From contig CAZWMG010000008.1 of the NCBI GenBank assembly GCA_964634945.1, forward strand, positions 268 to 64,267: DNA of 64,000 nt, read 5' to 3'. The notes under the pieces are model-generated. The model was not told the origin of the DNA. It saw only the letters and a program-made list of their open reading frames with translations, and searched no databases. Shown here piece after piece: positions 1-8,003 of this stretch; position 1 is the first letter of the stretch, and each line of letters opens with the position of its first letter. A program made the position numbers and the translations under genes. The stretch comes from an uncultured Planctomycetia bacterium. Lineage in GTDB: Bacteria > Omnitrophota > Gorgyraeia > JABMRG01.

Positions 1-720
1 CCTAATACAATATCAACTGAAGACTCATCAACAGGCTCTAATTCATATGACTGGACTATACCATATGACCTATCTACAACCGTTAGGATAAAGATTACAG
101 ATGCTGCTCAATCTGCTGTATATGCTCTATCCGACGTAAATTTTACTATTGCGGTTCCTGAAATTACAATTACATCACCTAACGGTACTGAGCAGTGGTA
201 TGCCAATTCTTCACACGACATTACCTGGGAAGCAGACGGAGACGTAACACATGTAAAATTGGAATACTCTACTGATGGAGGCTCAACCTACCCCAATTTA
301 ATAGCAGCCGCCGCGCCTAACAGCGGGACAACAGGTTCCTACTCTTGGACATTGCCATTTGATGTTTCCAGCCAGGTTAAGGTAAGAGGCACGGATGCTT
401 CAGGTGCAGCTTCAATCAGCCTTTCAGGTTCAGCGGCAGATAAGGTATCGGCAAGCGCTTCTTCTTATGAAAGTGATGACAAAACACTGGTTTTGGATGT
501 ATTGACTGATTTTGTGACAGGTGATGATTTAGTTATTTCAGGCCTGTATTTTACCGAATTCAGCATATCAGATGCTGATAATCTTGAGCTGGATATATAT
601 AATTCAGGCATAGCTTATGCCTTGGATGATAAGACTATTAAGGTTGTTGGAGAGTCAGGGTATCCGTATATTGGCGGAACCGGTGACGGATGGGATTCTT
701 TTGAGAGCGAAAGTTTTTAA
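1..720 (+). CDS. C-terminal part of a secreted Thr/Ser-rich beta-sandwich repeat surface protein (5' partial; frame open from nt 1)
   Basis: Frame +1 is open from nt 1 to the stop at 718-720. Repeated modules of the form ItW..g..v.I.YStdgG.tYp..I....n.GsY.WT.P have the same shape as those in the 2145-4286 protein. The C-terminal ~100 aa (LELDIYNSG...YIGGTGDGWDSFESESF) is homologous to the C-terminus of the 2145-4286 protein. Confidence 0.6.
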   Translation, partial: PNTISTEDSSTGSNSYDWTIPYDLSTTVRIKITDAAQSAVYALSDVNFTIAVPEITITSPNGTEQWYANSSHDITWEADGDVTHVKLEYSTDGGSTYPNLIAAAAPNSGTTGSYSWTLPFDVSSQVKVRGTDASGAASISLSGSAADKVSASASSYESDDKTLVLDVLTDFVTGDDLVISGLYFTEFSISDADNLELDIYNSGIAYALDDKTIKVVGESGYPYIGGTGDGWDSFESESF

Positions 721-740
721 CTGAAAAAGGGGTGATTAAA

Positions 741-2039
741 ATGAGAAAACTTATATTAATCTTACTATTGGCTATGGCCTGCGGGTTTTTAACTGTGCCG
801 GTATTTGCTAACAACGTGGCTGTTTCCGGTGTCAGCCTGCAAAATAAGGATTTAGGCGAAGGTACAATAGAGGTGAAGTTTACCTTAACCCAGGACAATA
901 CCTTTTCAGGCACAGACGACAACAGCGCGGCTTTTTATGACCGTATCTGGGTGTTCGTCAAATACTGGGTAGTAGGTTCAGACTCTGAAACAACCGGCTG
1001 GCACCACGCTACCTTGACTACAGGCGGCGCTGTTACGCCCACTTCTGACGGCATGGGCGCGTTCAGCTCAACAGGCGCGGACCAGGTTATCAAATGGTCA
1101 TATGTCACTGACAGTGTGGACCCTCAGAATACGGTAAAGGTTAAGGTCTGTGCTGTTGAAATGGTTTATATCCCCGCAGGTTCGTTTGTGTATAATTTAG
1201 CGGGCATAGGCGGTTCTACCTTTAATAACTACGGCGCAGGGTCACAGGTAACAGTTACCTCTGCCTCTGATATCCCCACAGGCGCCGCCGCAGGCTGGCC
1301 CAATGGTTATTCCGCGTTTTACATCGCCAAATATGAGGTCTCGCAAGGCCAGTACGCGGATTACCTTAATATGCTTTCAGCCTCAGATGCCGGCTCAAGA
1401 TATACAGATAATTACGACAGTTCCAGGCAGTCAGTCTCTTATACTTCAGGCAATGATTATGGCTCAAGGTACTCAGCAGGCAGGCCTGCCAGGGGCCAAA
1501 ATTACCTATCCTGGGATGACTGCAGGGCATATGCATCCTGGTGCGGGTTAAGGCCTTTAACAGAGATGGAGTTTGAAAAGGCAGGCAGAGGCGGCAGTAC
1601 AAGCAGTACCAATGTTTATCCATGGGGAGAGACCGCCCCCTCTTCTACTACTTATACGTTTGATGAGGCGACAATCAGCCAGTACTACGCCTGTTATAAT
1701 AATACATCAGCAGGCCCTACTGATGTGGGCCATTACCTGTCAGGTGATATAACCCGCACAGACGCCCAGGCAGGAGCCTCGGTTTATGGCGTTACAGACT
1801 TAAGCGGAAGCCTCTGGGAGCACCTGATAAACTGTGAGCATTTATCAGTGCCCTCTGATGGAAATGGTACCCTTACCTGGCCTATAAGTTGGCCGGACGC
1901 GGCATCAGGTAAGGGCATCCGCGGTGGTAGCTGGTACAGCGTTGCTACGCACTTGCGCGTGTCGGGCCGTGGCGGCGCTGGCAGCGCGTACGCGACTCGG
2001 AGCCACCATTTTGGGTTCCGCCCGGCCAGGACTCCTTGA
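741..2039 (+). CDS. DGR target protein 1: secreted protein with a C-terminal FGE-sulfatase/C-type-lectin-fold domain that carries the variable repeat
   Basis: Signal peptide MRKLILILLLAMACGFLTVPVFA, with an ATG at 741 behind the RBS-like aaaaagggg; the ORF track uses an upstream GTG at 732. FGE-family motifs are present: VEMVYIPAGSF, YIAKYEVSQGQY, RLPTEMEFEKAGRGG, YPWGE, GSLWEH, RGGSWYS and FGFRP. The last 126 nt are the variable repeat. Confidence 0.85.
   Translation: MRKLILILLLAMACGFLTVPVFANNVAVSGVSLQNKDLGEGTIEVKFTLTQDNTFSGTDDNSAAFYDRIWVFVKYWVVGSDSETTGWHHATLTTGGAVTPTSDGMGAFSSTGADQVIKWSYVTDSVDPQNTVKVKVCAVEMVYIPAGSFVYNLAGIGGSTFNNYGAGSQVTVTSASDIPTGAAAGWPNGYSAFYIAKYEVSQGQYADYLNMLSASDAGSRYTDNYDSSRQSVSYTSGNDYGSRYSAGRPARGQNYLSWDDCRAYASWCGLRPLTEMEFEKAGRGGSTSSTNVYPWGETAPSSTTYTFDEATISQYYACYNNTSAGPTDVGHYLSGDITRTDAQAGASVYGVTDLSGSLWEHLINCEHLSVPSDGNGTLTWPISWPDAASGKGIRGGSWYSVATHLRVSGRGGAGSAYATRSHHFGFRPARTP
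1913..2038 (+). repeat. DGR variable repeat VR1 (126 bp, ends at the target stop codon)
   Basis: Identical to VR2 at 5951-6076. Aligns without gaps to the TR at 6666-6791, with 16 mismatches at TR adenines and one non-A mismatch at the 3' end. Confidence 0.85.
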
Positions 2040-2105
2040 TGAGTTACACTTTGTTCTTTGAATTTTTTACGCTTTGGTTTTTATTTGGCAGGAAGCGGTG
2101 TTTAC

Positions 2106-2138
2106 GAGGGACGAGGGACGAGGGACGAAGAGACGAGG
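2106..2138. repeat. Tandem heptamer array GAGGGAC x3 (plus a degenerate GAAGAGAC GAGG) immediately upstream of the 2145 start codon
   Basis: The tandem is directly visible: gagggacgagggacgagggacgaagagacgagg. Confidence 0.5.
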
Positions 2139-2144
2139 TAAACG

Positions 2145-4286
2145 ATGAATAAGCGACTGATAATAACAGTAATCTTGACGGCAGCAGCAGCCATTACAGG
2201 CATCTGGCCTGTCTTTGCCGACCAATATACCGGCGGTACAGGTGACGGCTGGTCCGCAGCTGAATCCGCGGAGCTTGATATCGACGGGCCAGTAGTGGTT
2301 ATCTCAAGCGCCCAAAACCAGATATTCAAGGTGAGCGATTACAAAACCGCCGCAGCTGATATTACCATAACCGATTCTGCGGGAGGGGCTGTTACAGCTG
2401 CTAATGATATCAGGATTACAGTTCCTACTTCTTTTGGTGTGAAATGGAAGAGTTATTTTAGCGGCACTATCGATACTTCAGATGAGAACTTTGCCATCTT
2501 AAACCCAATAGCTGTATCAGCAAGCAATATAGACGTAACCACAGGCGCAGGCCCTTATATAATAGGTGATACTGTAACAGTAACCTGGGATAATACAGTA
2601 GCGACAGGAGACGGCGCAGGTACTGATAATGATGATGTGACAGGCGTGACATGTGATTTCTCATCAATGGAAGGCGGCGAAACAGTAACAATGTATGATG
2701 ATGGTACCAATGGAGGTGACGCTACAGCTGATGATGATATATGGACCGCAAGTTATGATATAACAGCAGGTACAGTAGATACAGCAACAGCCACAGTAGC
2801 TGTTACAGCTACAGACGGCACAAGCACAAAGACCACAGCAGACACCACAGACTTAACAGTAGATAACATAGTACCTGTATTAACAGATGGTAATATATCT
2901 ATTACATCAACCGGCTCAGGCACAGGAGGCGTTTACCTTGCAGGTGACACTGTCACAGCAGAGTGGGATGACACAGCTTCAGGCGATAACAACACAGATA
3001 CCATCTCAACAGTAACCTGTGATTTCTCTGCACTTGGTGGAGGAGCAGCAGTATCCATGACAGACTCCTCAGACACCTGGACAGCATCATATGATATAGA
3101 CAATACCTCAACCACAGGAACACACGCTGTATCATTATTAGCTACTGATAACGCGGGTAACACCACAACCACAGCAGATACAACAGACATTGAAGTAGGA
3201 GCAAGCACATTAACCCTAACATCTCCTGACCCCGGTACCACACACTCATTTAAGGCAGGTACTTCTCAAACAATAGCCTGGACAGCTGGGGGCGATACAA
3301 CAAGTGTTACCATCACTTATTCAACCAATTCCGGCGAAACCTATCCTAATACCATAACCACAGTAGCAAATTCCGCGGGAGCTAATTCCTATGATTGGAC
3401 AACAGCTTCCGATTTAAGCAGTAATGTGAGGATAAAATTGCATGACACTGATTGTTCCGCTGTTTATGACACATCGGATATTGATTTTACCATAGCCATC
3501 CCGACCCTGACTTTGTTAACGCCTTCAGCTTCAGGCATAACAATGTCCGTAGGTGACTCATATAATATTACATGGTCATCGGAAGGCGCGGTATCAGATG
3601 ACTTAAGCTTGTATTTTTCCACAAATTCAGGGACAGCTTACCCAGATACCATCTCTTCCTCAGAAGCAAATGACGGTACCTATACATGGACAGTACCCGC
3701 GGAAGCCGGGTCAGAGCTAAAAGTCAGGATACAGAATGTTTTTTATCAGGAATTGAACAATACCTCTGATGCTGATTTTGATGCCGGAACCGCTTCAAGC
3801 CTTACTGTTTCAGGCAGTGGAAGCAACGGAGCCCTTCAATTAGAAGATTATGTCTTAAGTTTTTCTCCTATGACTATTACGGATAATACAGGGGTCATTA
3901 CCGCGGCTAATGATATAAGAATAAGGATACCTTCTGCTTTTGGCATGACATGGAATACAGCGCATACTACAGCTGTTATTACAGGCAGCGCCGCGGGCAA
4001 GGTATCTACAGAAGTCAGTTACGAGTCTTCTGACAAGGTTTTAGTGCTGGATGTAATCTCGGACTTTACTGCCGGAGACGCTATTGTTGTTTCAGGGCTT
4101 GCTTTCAATAATCTTAGCGCTGTTTCATCATCGGATAATCTGGAACTGGATATATATAATACAGGGGCAACTTATATAACTGACAGCAATCATATTGAAA
4201 TTAAACCTGCTTCTTCCGCCTTGTTTATTGGCGGAACAGGTGATGGATGGGATTACGCGCAGAGCGCGGATCTGGTATTGGAGTAG
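2145..4286 (+). CDS. Secreted Thr/Asp-rich surface protein made of repeated beta-sandwich domains (713 aa)
   Basis: N-terminal signal peptide MNKRLIITVILTAAAAITGIWPVFA is followed by QYTGGTGDGWS, and the C-terminus ends FIGGTGDGWDYAQSADLVLE. Internal repeats recur (ITITDSAGGAVTAANDIRITVPTSFG ... MTITDNTGVITAANDIRIRIPSAFG) alongside YSTNSGETYP..Y.WT modules. The leader is paralogous to that of the giant gene at 8004. Confidence 0.7.
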   Translation: MNKRLIITVILTAAAAITGIWPVFADQYTGGTGDGWSAAESAELDIDGPVVVISSAQNQIFKVSDYKTAAADITITDSAGGAVTAANDIRITVPTSFGVKWKSYFSGTIDTSDENFAILNPIAVSASNIDVTTGAGPYIIGDTVTVTWDNTVATGDGAGTDNDDVTGVTCDFSSMEGGETVTMYDDGTNGGDATADDDIWTASYDITAGTVDTATATVAVTATDGTSTKTTADTTDLTVDNIVPVLTDGNISITSTGSGTGGVYLAGDTVTAEWDDTASGDNNTDTISTVTCDFSALGGGAAVSMTDSSDTWTASYDIDNTSTTGTHAVSLLATDNAGNTTTTADTTDIEVGASTLTLTSPDPGTTHSFKAGTSQTIAWTAGGDTTSVTITYSTNSGETYPNTITTVANSAGANSYDWTTASDLSSNVRIKLHDTDCSAVYDTSDIDFTIAIPTLTLLTPSASGITMSVGDSYNITWSSEGAVSDDLSLYFSTNSGTAYPDTISSSEANDGTYTWTVPAEAGSELKVRIQNVFYQELNNTSDADFDAGTASSLTVSGSGSNGALQLEDYVLSFSPMTITDNTGVITAANDIRIRIPSAFGMTWNTAHTTAVITGSAAGKVSTEVSYESSDKVLVLDVISDFTAGDAIVVSGLAFNNLSAVSSSDNLELDIYNTGATYITDSNHIEIKPASSALFIGGTGDGWDYAQSADLVLE

Positions 4287-4338
4287 TCCATAGTCCATAG
4301 TTGACGGTCAATAGTTGATAAGAACAGGAGAAAAGAAG

Positions 4339-4689
4339 ATGTTTAAGTTTGAGAAATTACAAGTCTGGCAAAAAGCGGTTGATTTTACCGCTGATATTCA
4401 TGGATTAAGCAGAAAATTCCCTAAAGAGGAATTATATATTCTAACAAGCCAGATTAAAAGAGCGGCGGATTCTATAGCCTTAAATGTAGCAGAAGGTTCA
4501 ACTGGACAGAGTAACAAAGGATTTCAACAGTTTATTGGTTATGCGATAAGATCAGCAATTGAGGTGGTACCCTGCCTTTTTGTAGGCAGAAAAAGAAAGA
4601 TTATAAGCGAAGAAGATTTTAATATGTTTTATAGCGACGCAGAAGAGATAGTTAAAATGTTACAAGGATTGCGTAACTCACTGGGATAG
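4339..4689 (+). CDS. Four-helix-bundle protein of the Avd / 23S rRNA intervening-sequence protein family
   Basis: MFKFEKLQVWQKAVDFTADIHGLSRKFPKEELYILTSQIKRAADSIALNVAEG matches the pattern of this four-helix-bundle family. An ATG at 4339 sits behind the RBS aggagaaaag; the ORF track starts at 4315, inside that RBS. Confidence 0.75.
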   Translation: MFKFEKLQVWQKAVDFTADIHGLSRKFPKEELYILTSQIKRAADSIALNVAEGSTGQSNKGFQQFIGYAIRSAIEVVPCLFVGRKRKIISEEDFNMFYSDAEEIVKMLQGLRNSLG

Positions 4690-4760
4690 TTTTTAGTTCA
4701 TAGGCTGTTGACTATCGACTATTGACTATCGACTTTGGACTAAAAAAGGAGGCAACCAAA

Positions 4761-6077
4761 ATGAGAAAACTTATTCGTATCTTGCTATTGACTATTGCCA
4801 TACTATGGACTGTTGACTATGGACTATCGACTGCAATAGCAAACGCCAACAACATAAGCGTGAGTAATACGGTGTTGCAGAACCAGGATGTGGAAAACTC
4901 TACTGTAGAGGTGAAATTTGACATTACATGGCAAAACTCTTTTTCCGATACAGACGGTAACGGCGCGGATTTTTATGACAGGGCATGGATATTTGTTAAA
5001 TACTGGGTGGTGGACGTGGACTCTGAAACAACCGGTTGGCACCACGCTACCTTGACTACAGGCGGCGCTGTTACGCCCACTTCTGATGGAAAAGGGGCAT
5101 TTGTTAATATCGGCGAAGACCAAACCGTAAAATGGAACTACGGCGCGGATGATATAACAGTTTCATCTAATGTAAGGGTGCGTCTTGATGCTGTTGAAAT
5201 GGTTTATATCCCCGCAGGTTCGTTTGTGTATAATTTAGCGGGCATAGGCGGTTCTACCTTTAATAACTACGGCGCAGGGTCACAGGTAACAGTTACCTCT
5301 GCCTCTGATATCCCCACAGGCGCCGCCGCAGGCTGGCCCAATGGTTATTCCGCGTTTTACATCGCCAAATATGAGGTCTCGCAAGGCCAGTACGCGGATT
5401 ACCTTAATATGCTTTCAGCCTCAGATGCCGGCTCAAGATATACAGATAATTACGACAGTTCCAGGCAGTCAGTCTCTTATACTTCAGGCAATGATTATGG
5501 CTCAAGGTACTCAGCAGGCAGGCCTGCCAGGGGCCAAAATTACCTATCCTGGGATGACTGCAGGGCATATGCATCCTGGTGCGGGTTAAGGCCTTTAACA
5601 GAGATGGAGTTTGAAAAGGCAGGCAGAGGCGGCAGTACAAGCAGTACCAATGTTTATCCATGGGGAGAGACCGCCCCCTCTTCTACTACTTATACGTTTG
5701 ATGAGGCGACAATCAGCCAGTACTACGCCTGTTATAATAATACATCAGCAGGCCCTACTGATGTGGGCCATTACCTGTCAGGTGATATAACCCGCACAGA
5801 CGCCCAGGCAGGAGCCTCGGTTTATGGCGTTACAGACTTAAGCGGAAGCCTCTGGGAGCACCTGATAAACTGTGAGCATTTATCAGTGCCCTCTGATGGA
5901 AATGGTACCCTTACCTGGCCTATAAGTTGGCCGGACGCGGCATCAGGTAAGGGCATCCGCGGTGGTAGCTGGTACAGCGTTGCTACGCACTTGCGCGTGT
6001 CGGGCCGTGGCGGCGCTGGCAGCGCGTACGCGACTCGGAGCCACCATTTTGGGTTCCGCCCGGCCAGGACTCCTTGA
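4761..6077 (+). CDS. DGR target protein 2: paralog of target 1 with a divergent N-terminal third and an identical FGE/C-type-lectin-fold C-terminus carrying the VR
   Basis: ATG at 4761 behind the RBS aaaggagg, followed by signal peptide MRKLIRILLLTIAILW. Nucleotides 5189-6115 appear identical to 1151-2077, and the last 126 nt are the VR. Confidence 0.85.
   Translation: MRKLIRILLLTIAILWTVDYGLSTAIANANNISVSNTVLQNQDVENSTVEVKFDITWQNSFSDTDGNGADFYDRAWIFVKYWVVDVDSETTGWHHATLTTGGAVTPTSDGKGAFVNIGEDQTVKWNYGADDITVSSNVRVRLDAVEMVYIPAGSFVYNLAGIGGSTFNNYGAGSQVTVTSASDIPTGAAAGWPNGYSAFYIAKYEVSQGQYADYLNMLSASDAGSRYTDNYDSSRQSVSYTSGNDYGSRYSAGRPARGQNYLSWDDCRAYASWCGLRPLTEMEFEKAGRGGSTSSTNVYPWGETAPSSTTYTFDEATISQYYACYNNTSAGPTDVGHYLSGDITRTDAQAGASVYGVTDLSGSLWEHLINCEHLSVPSDGNGTLTWPISWPDAASGKGIRGGSWYSVATHLRVSGRGGAGSAYATRSHHFGFRPARTP
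5951..6076 (+). repeat. DGR variable repeat VR2
   Basis: gggcatccgcggtggtagctggTacaGcgTtgctacgCac... compared with the TR shows substitutions (capitals) only where the TR has A, apart from a G/C difference in ccagGact versus ccagCact. Confidence 0.85.
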
Positions 6078-6126
6078 TGAGTTACACTTTGTTCTTTGAA
6101 TTTTTTACGCTTTGGAAAAAGCTCGT

Positions 6127-6474
6127 ATGAGTCAGACAACGCCTATAGTAAGTAAGACCTATGATTTTATTCTTTGGGTTTTACCGAAATTGGCAAAATT
6201 TCCCAAAGACCAAAGGTTCTTGCTGGGAGACAGGATTGAAACAACGTTGCTTGATTGTCTGGAGCTTTTGATTGAAGCAGTATATTCTAAGGAAAAAAGG
6301 AAGGTGTTAAGAGATGTTAACCTTAAACTTGAAAAATTACGGTTTTTATGGCGAATCAGCCGCGATATGCGCTATACCCCTCTCAGAAGCTATGAGTTTG
6401 GCGCGAGAAGTATTAATGAGATTGGTAAAATGGCAGGCGGTTGGATTAAGAGTGAATTACGCCGGAGTCTCTGA
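6127..6474 (+). CDS. avd: DGR accessory variability determinant (Avd), a basic four-helix-bundle protein
   Basis: It occupies the canonical position between target/VR and TR. The motif KTYDFILWVLPKLAKFPKDQRFLLGDRIETTLLDCLELLIEA matches the Avd family, and the protein is small and basic. The ATG at 6127 is preferred over the TTG at 6112 used by the ORF track. Confidence 0.75.
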   Translation: MSQTTPIVSKTYDFILWVLPKLAKFPKDQRFLLGDRIETTLLDCLELLIEAVYSKEKRKVLRDVNLKLEKLRFLWRISRDMRYTPLRSYEFGARSINEIGKMAGGWIKSELRRSL

Positions 6475-6665
6475 GTTTACGGATTCAGAGAGAGGCGCTT
6501 TTGATAAGGAGTCCAGGCCTTGTTTCCCGGCTCAGAAACCTAAGCCAAAAACATCGGAGTACCTTGCGCAGGTAGTAGCGGAAATCAGCGAACCTTGCGC
6601 AGGAAAAAGAAAAAACGTCCTTGATTTAAGAATGTTTAAGGATGGGCGCAAGGTCGAAAAAAGCC

Positions 6666-6791
6666 GGGCATCCGCGGTGGTAGCTGGAACAACGATGCTA
6701 CGAACTTGCGCGTGTCGGACCGTAACAACGCTGGCAACACGAACACGAATCGGAACAACAATTATGGGTTCCGCCCGGCCAGCACTCCTTG
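6666..6791 (+). repeat. DGR template repeat TR (non-coding, rich in AAC codons)
   Basis: 126 bp collinear with both VRs. The sequence aac aac gat gct acg aac ... aac aac gct ggc aac acg aac acg aat cgg aac aac aat tat is adenine-rich exactly at the positions where the VRs vary. The overlapping ORF 6314-6901 is therefore spurious. Confidence 0.85.
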
Positions 6792-6913
6792 TCAAGAGCG
6801 GGAAACAACGTTGTCATTCTGAGCCCGTAAGGCCGAAGAATCTAAATACTGGATTCTTTACTTCGTTCAGAATGACAAGGGAAAAAGCGCTCAGAATGTG
6901 ACAAGAAGATAAA

Positions 6914-7957
6914 ATGAAAACTTACAAGCATTTATTTGAAAAGATTACGAGTTTTGAAAACTTACTGCGCGCCGCAAAACAGGCGCAGAAGGGCAAGAAG
7001 ATGAAACACAATGTTAGTGAGTTCAACTTTGGATTAGAAAGCGAAATCCTAAAATTGCAGGATGAGCTTAAGAACCAGGCCTACAGGCCCGGCCGATATA
7101 GGCATTTTTATGTTAATGACCCTAAGCGCAGGCTAATTTCTGCCGCGCCTTACAGAGACAGGGTCGTGCATCATGCCTTTTGTAATACTATAGAGCCGTT
7201 ATTTGACAGGACTTTTATATTTGACTCTTACGCTTGCCGTGTTGGAAAAGGAACGCATAAAGCTATGAGCAGGTGTCAGGAATTTATAAAGAAAAACAAA
7301 TATGTTTTACAGTGTGATATAAGCAAATACTTTTCATCTATTAACCATGGGGTTTTACTTTCTATTCTTTCCCGAAAGATTAGGGATAAAAAAGTGATGT
7401 GGCTGGCAGAGCTTATTATTAATTCAGCATTAACTGTTAATGGCTTAACAGGCATTCCTATAGGTAACCTGACAAGCCAGTTTTTTGCTAATCTTTATCT
7501 TAATGAGCTGGACTATTTTGTGAAGTTTGACTTAGGTGATAAGTGTTATCTTCGCTATATGGATGATTTCCTGATATTTAGCGAAAATAAACAGCATTTA
7601 CATCAAGCTAAAGAAAAAATTAACCAATTCTTAGAAAGCTTTTTAAAGCTTAATTTGCACCCCAAAAAATCATCGGTATTACCCATAAACTTGGGTGTAG
7701 ATTTCTGTGGTTTCCGGATTTTTAAATATTTACGTAAATTGCGAAAAAGCAATATAATGTTTTTTAAAAAAAGAGCCGTAAAGATGCAGAGAGATTTTTG
7801 CAGGCAGAAAATTAATATAAATAAAATTTCTCAATCTATAAGGGCTTGGGTCGCCCACGCTAACTGGGGAAATACTTATAGGTTGCGCGAAAAAGTAATG
7901 GAGAATTTAATTTTTAGCAGAAGTTATATGAGTACAGAAGATCGGTCTAACAGGTAA
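6914..7957 (+). CDS. DGR reverse transcriptase
   Basis: RT motifs are present in order. The DGR-specific IGNLTSQFFANLYLNELD (I/LGxxxSQ) stands in place of the group II intron QGxxxSP, and the catalytic motif is YMDDFLIF. The gene lies directly downstream of the TR. Confidence 0.9.
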   Translation: MKTYKHLFEKITSFENLLRAAKQAQKGKKMKHNVSEFNFGLESEILKLQDELKNQAYRPGRYRHFYVNDPKRRLISAAPYRDRVVHHAFCNTIEPLFDRTFIFDSYACRVGKGTHKAMSRCQEFIKKNKYVLQCDISKYFSSINHGVLLSILSRKIRDKKVMWLAELIINSALTVNGLTGIPIGNLTSQFFANLYLNELDYFVKFDLGDKCYLRYMDDFLIFSENKQHLHQAKEKINQFLESFLKLNLHPKKSSVLPINLGVDFCGFRIFKYLRKLRKSNIMFFKKRAVKMQRDFCRQKININKISQSIRAWVAHANWGNTYRLREKVMENLIFSRSYMSTEDRSNR

Positions 7958-8003
7958 ACCGGCTAACAGGTTAACCGGCTAACCAGTAGATGAGAGGTTA
8001 AAA

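Noticed and set aside
1303-1623. Small overlapping ORFs on both strands (1303-1551 +, 1366-1623 -) and their exact duplicates at 5341-5661
   Set aside because: They are alternate-frame or antisense readings inside the DGR target genes. They are duplicated only because the whole 927-bp block is duplicated.
741-2039. Interpreting the FGE-like domain of the DGR targets as a functional formylglycine-generating enzyme that matures the sulfatase at 56702
   Set aside because: The FGE/C-type-lectin fold is the standard scaffold of DGR variable proteins. The VR sits in its ligand-binding face. The sulfatase-like gene shows a Ser/Thr-type (SLRADR) motif rather than a CxPxR motif. There is no evidence for an enzymatic link.
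6314-6901. 195-aa + strand ORF overlapping the Avd 3' end and the TR
   Set aside because: It spans the DGR template repeat and the TR-RT spacer. Its apparent coding content (TTMLRTCACRTVTTLATRTRIGTT) is just the AAC-rich TR read in frame, and it shows no start or RBS context.
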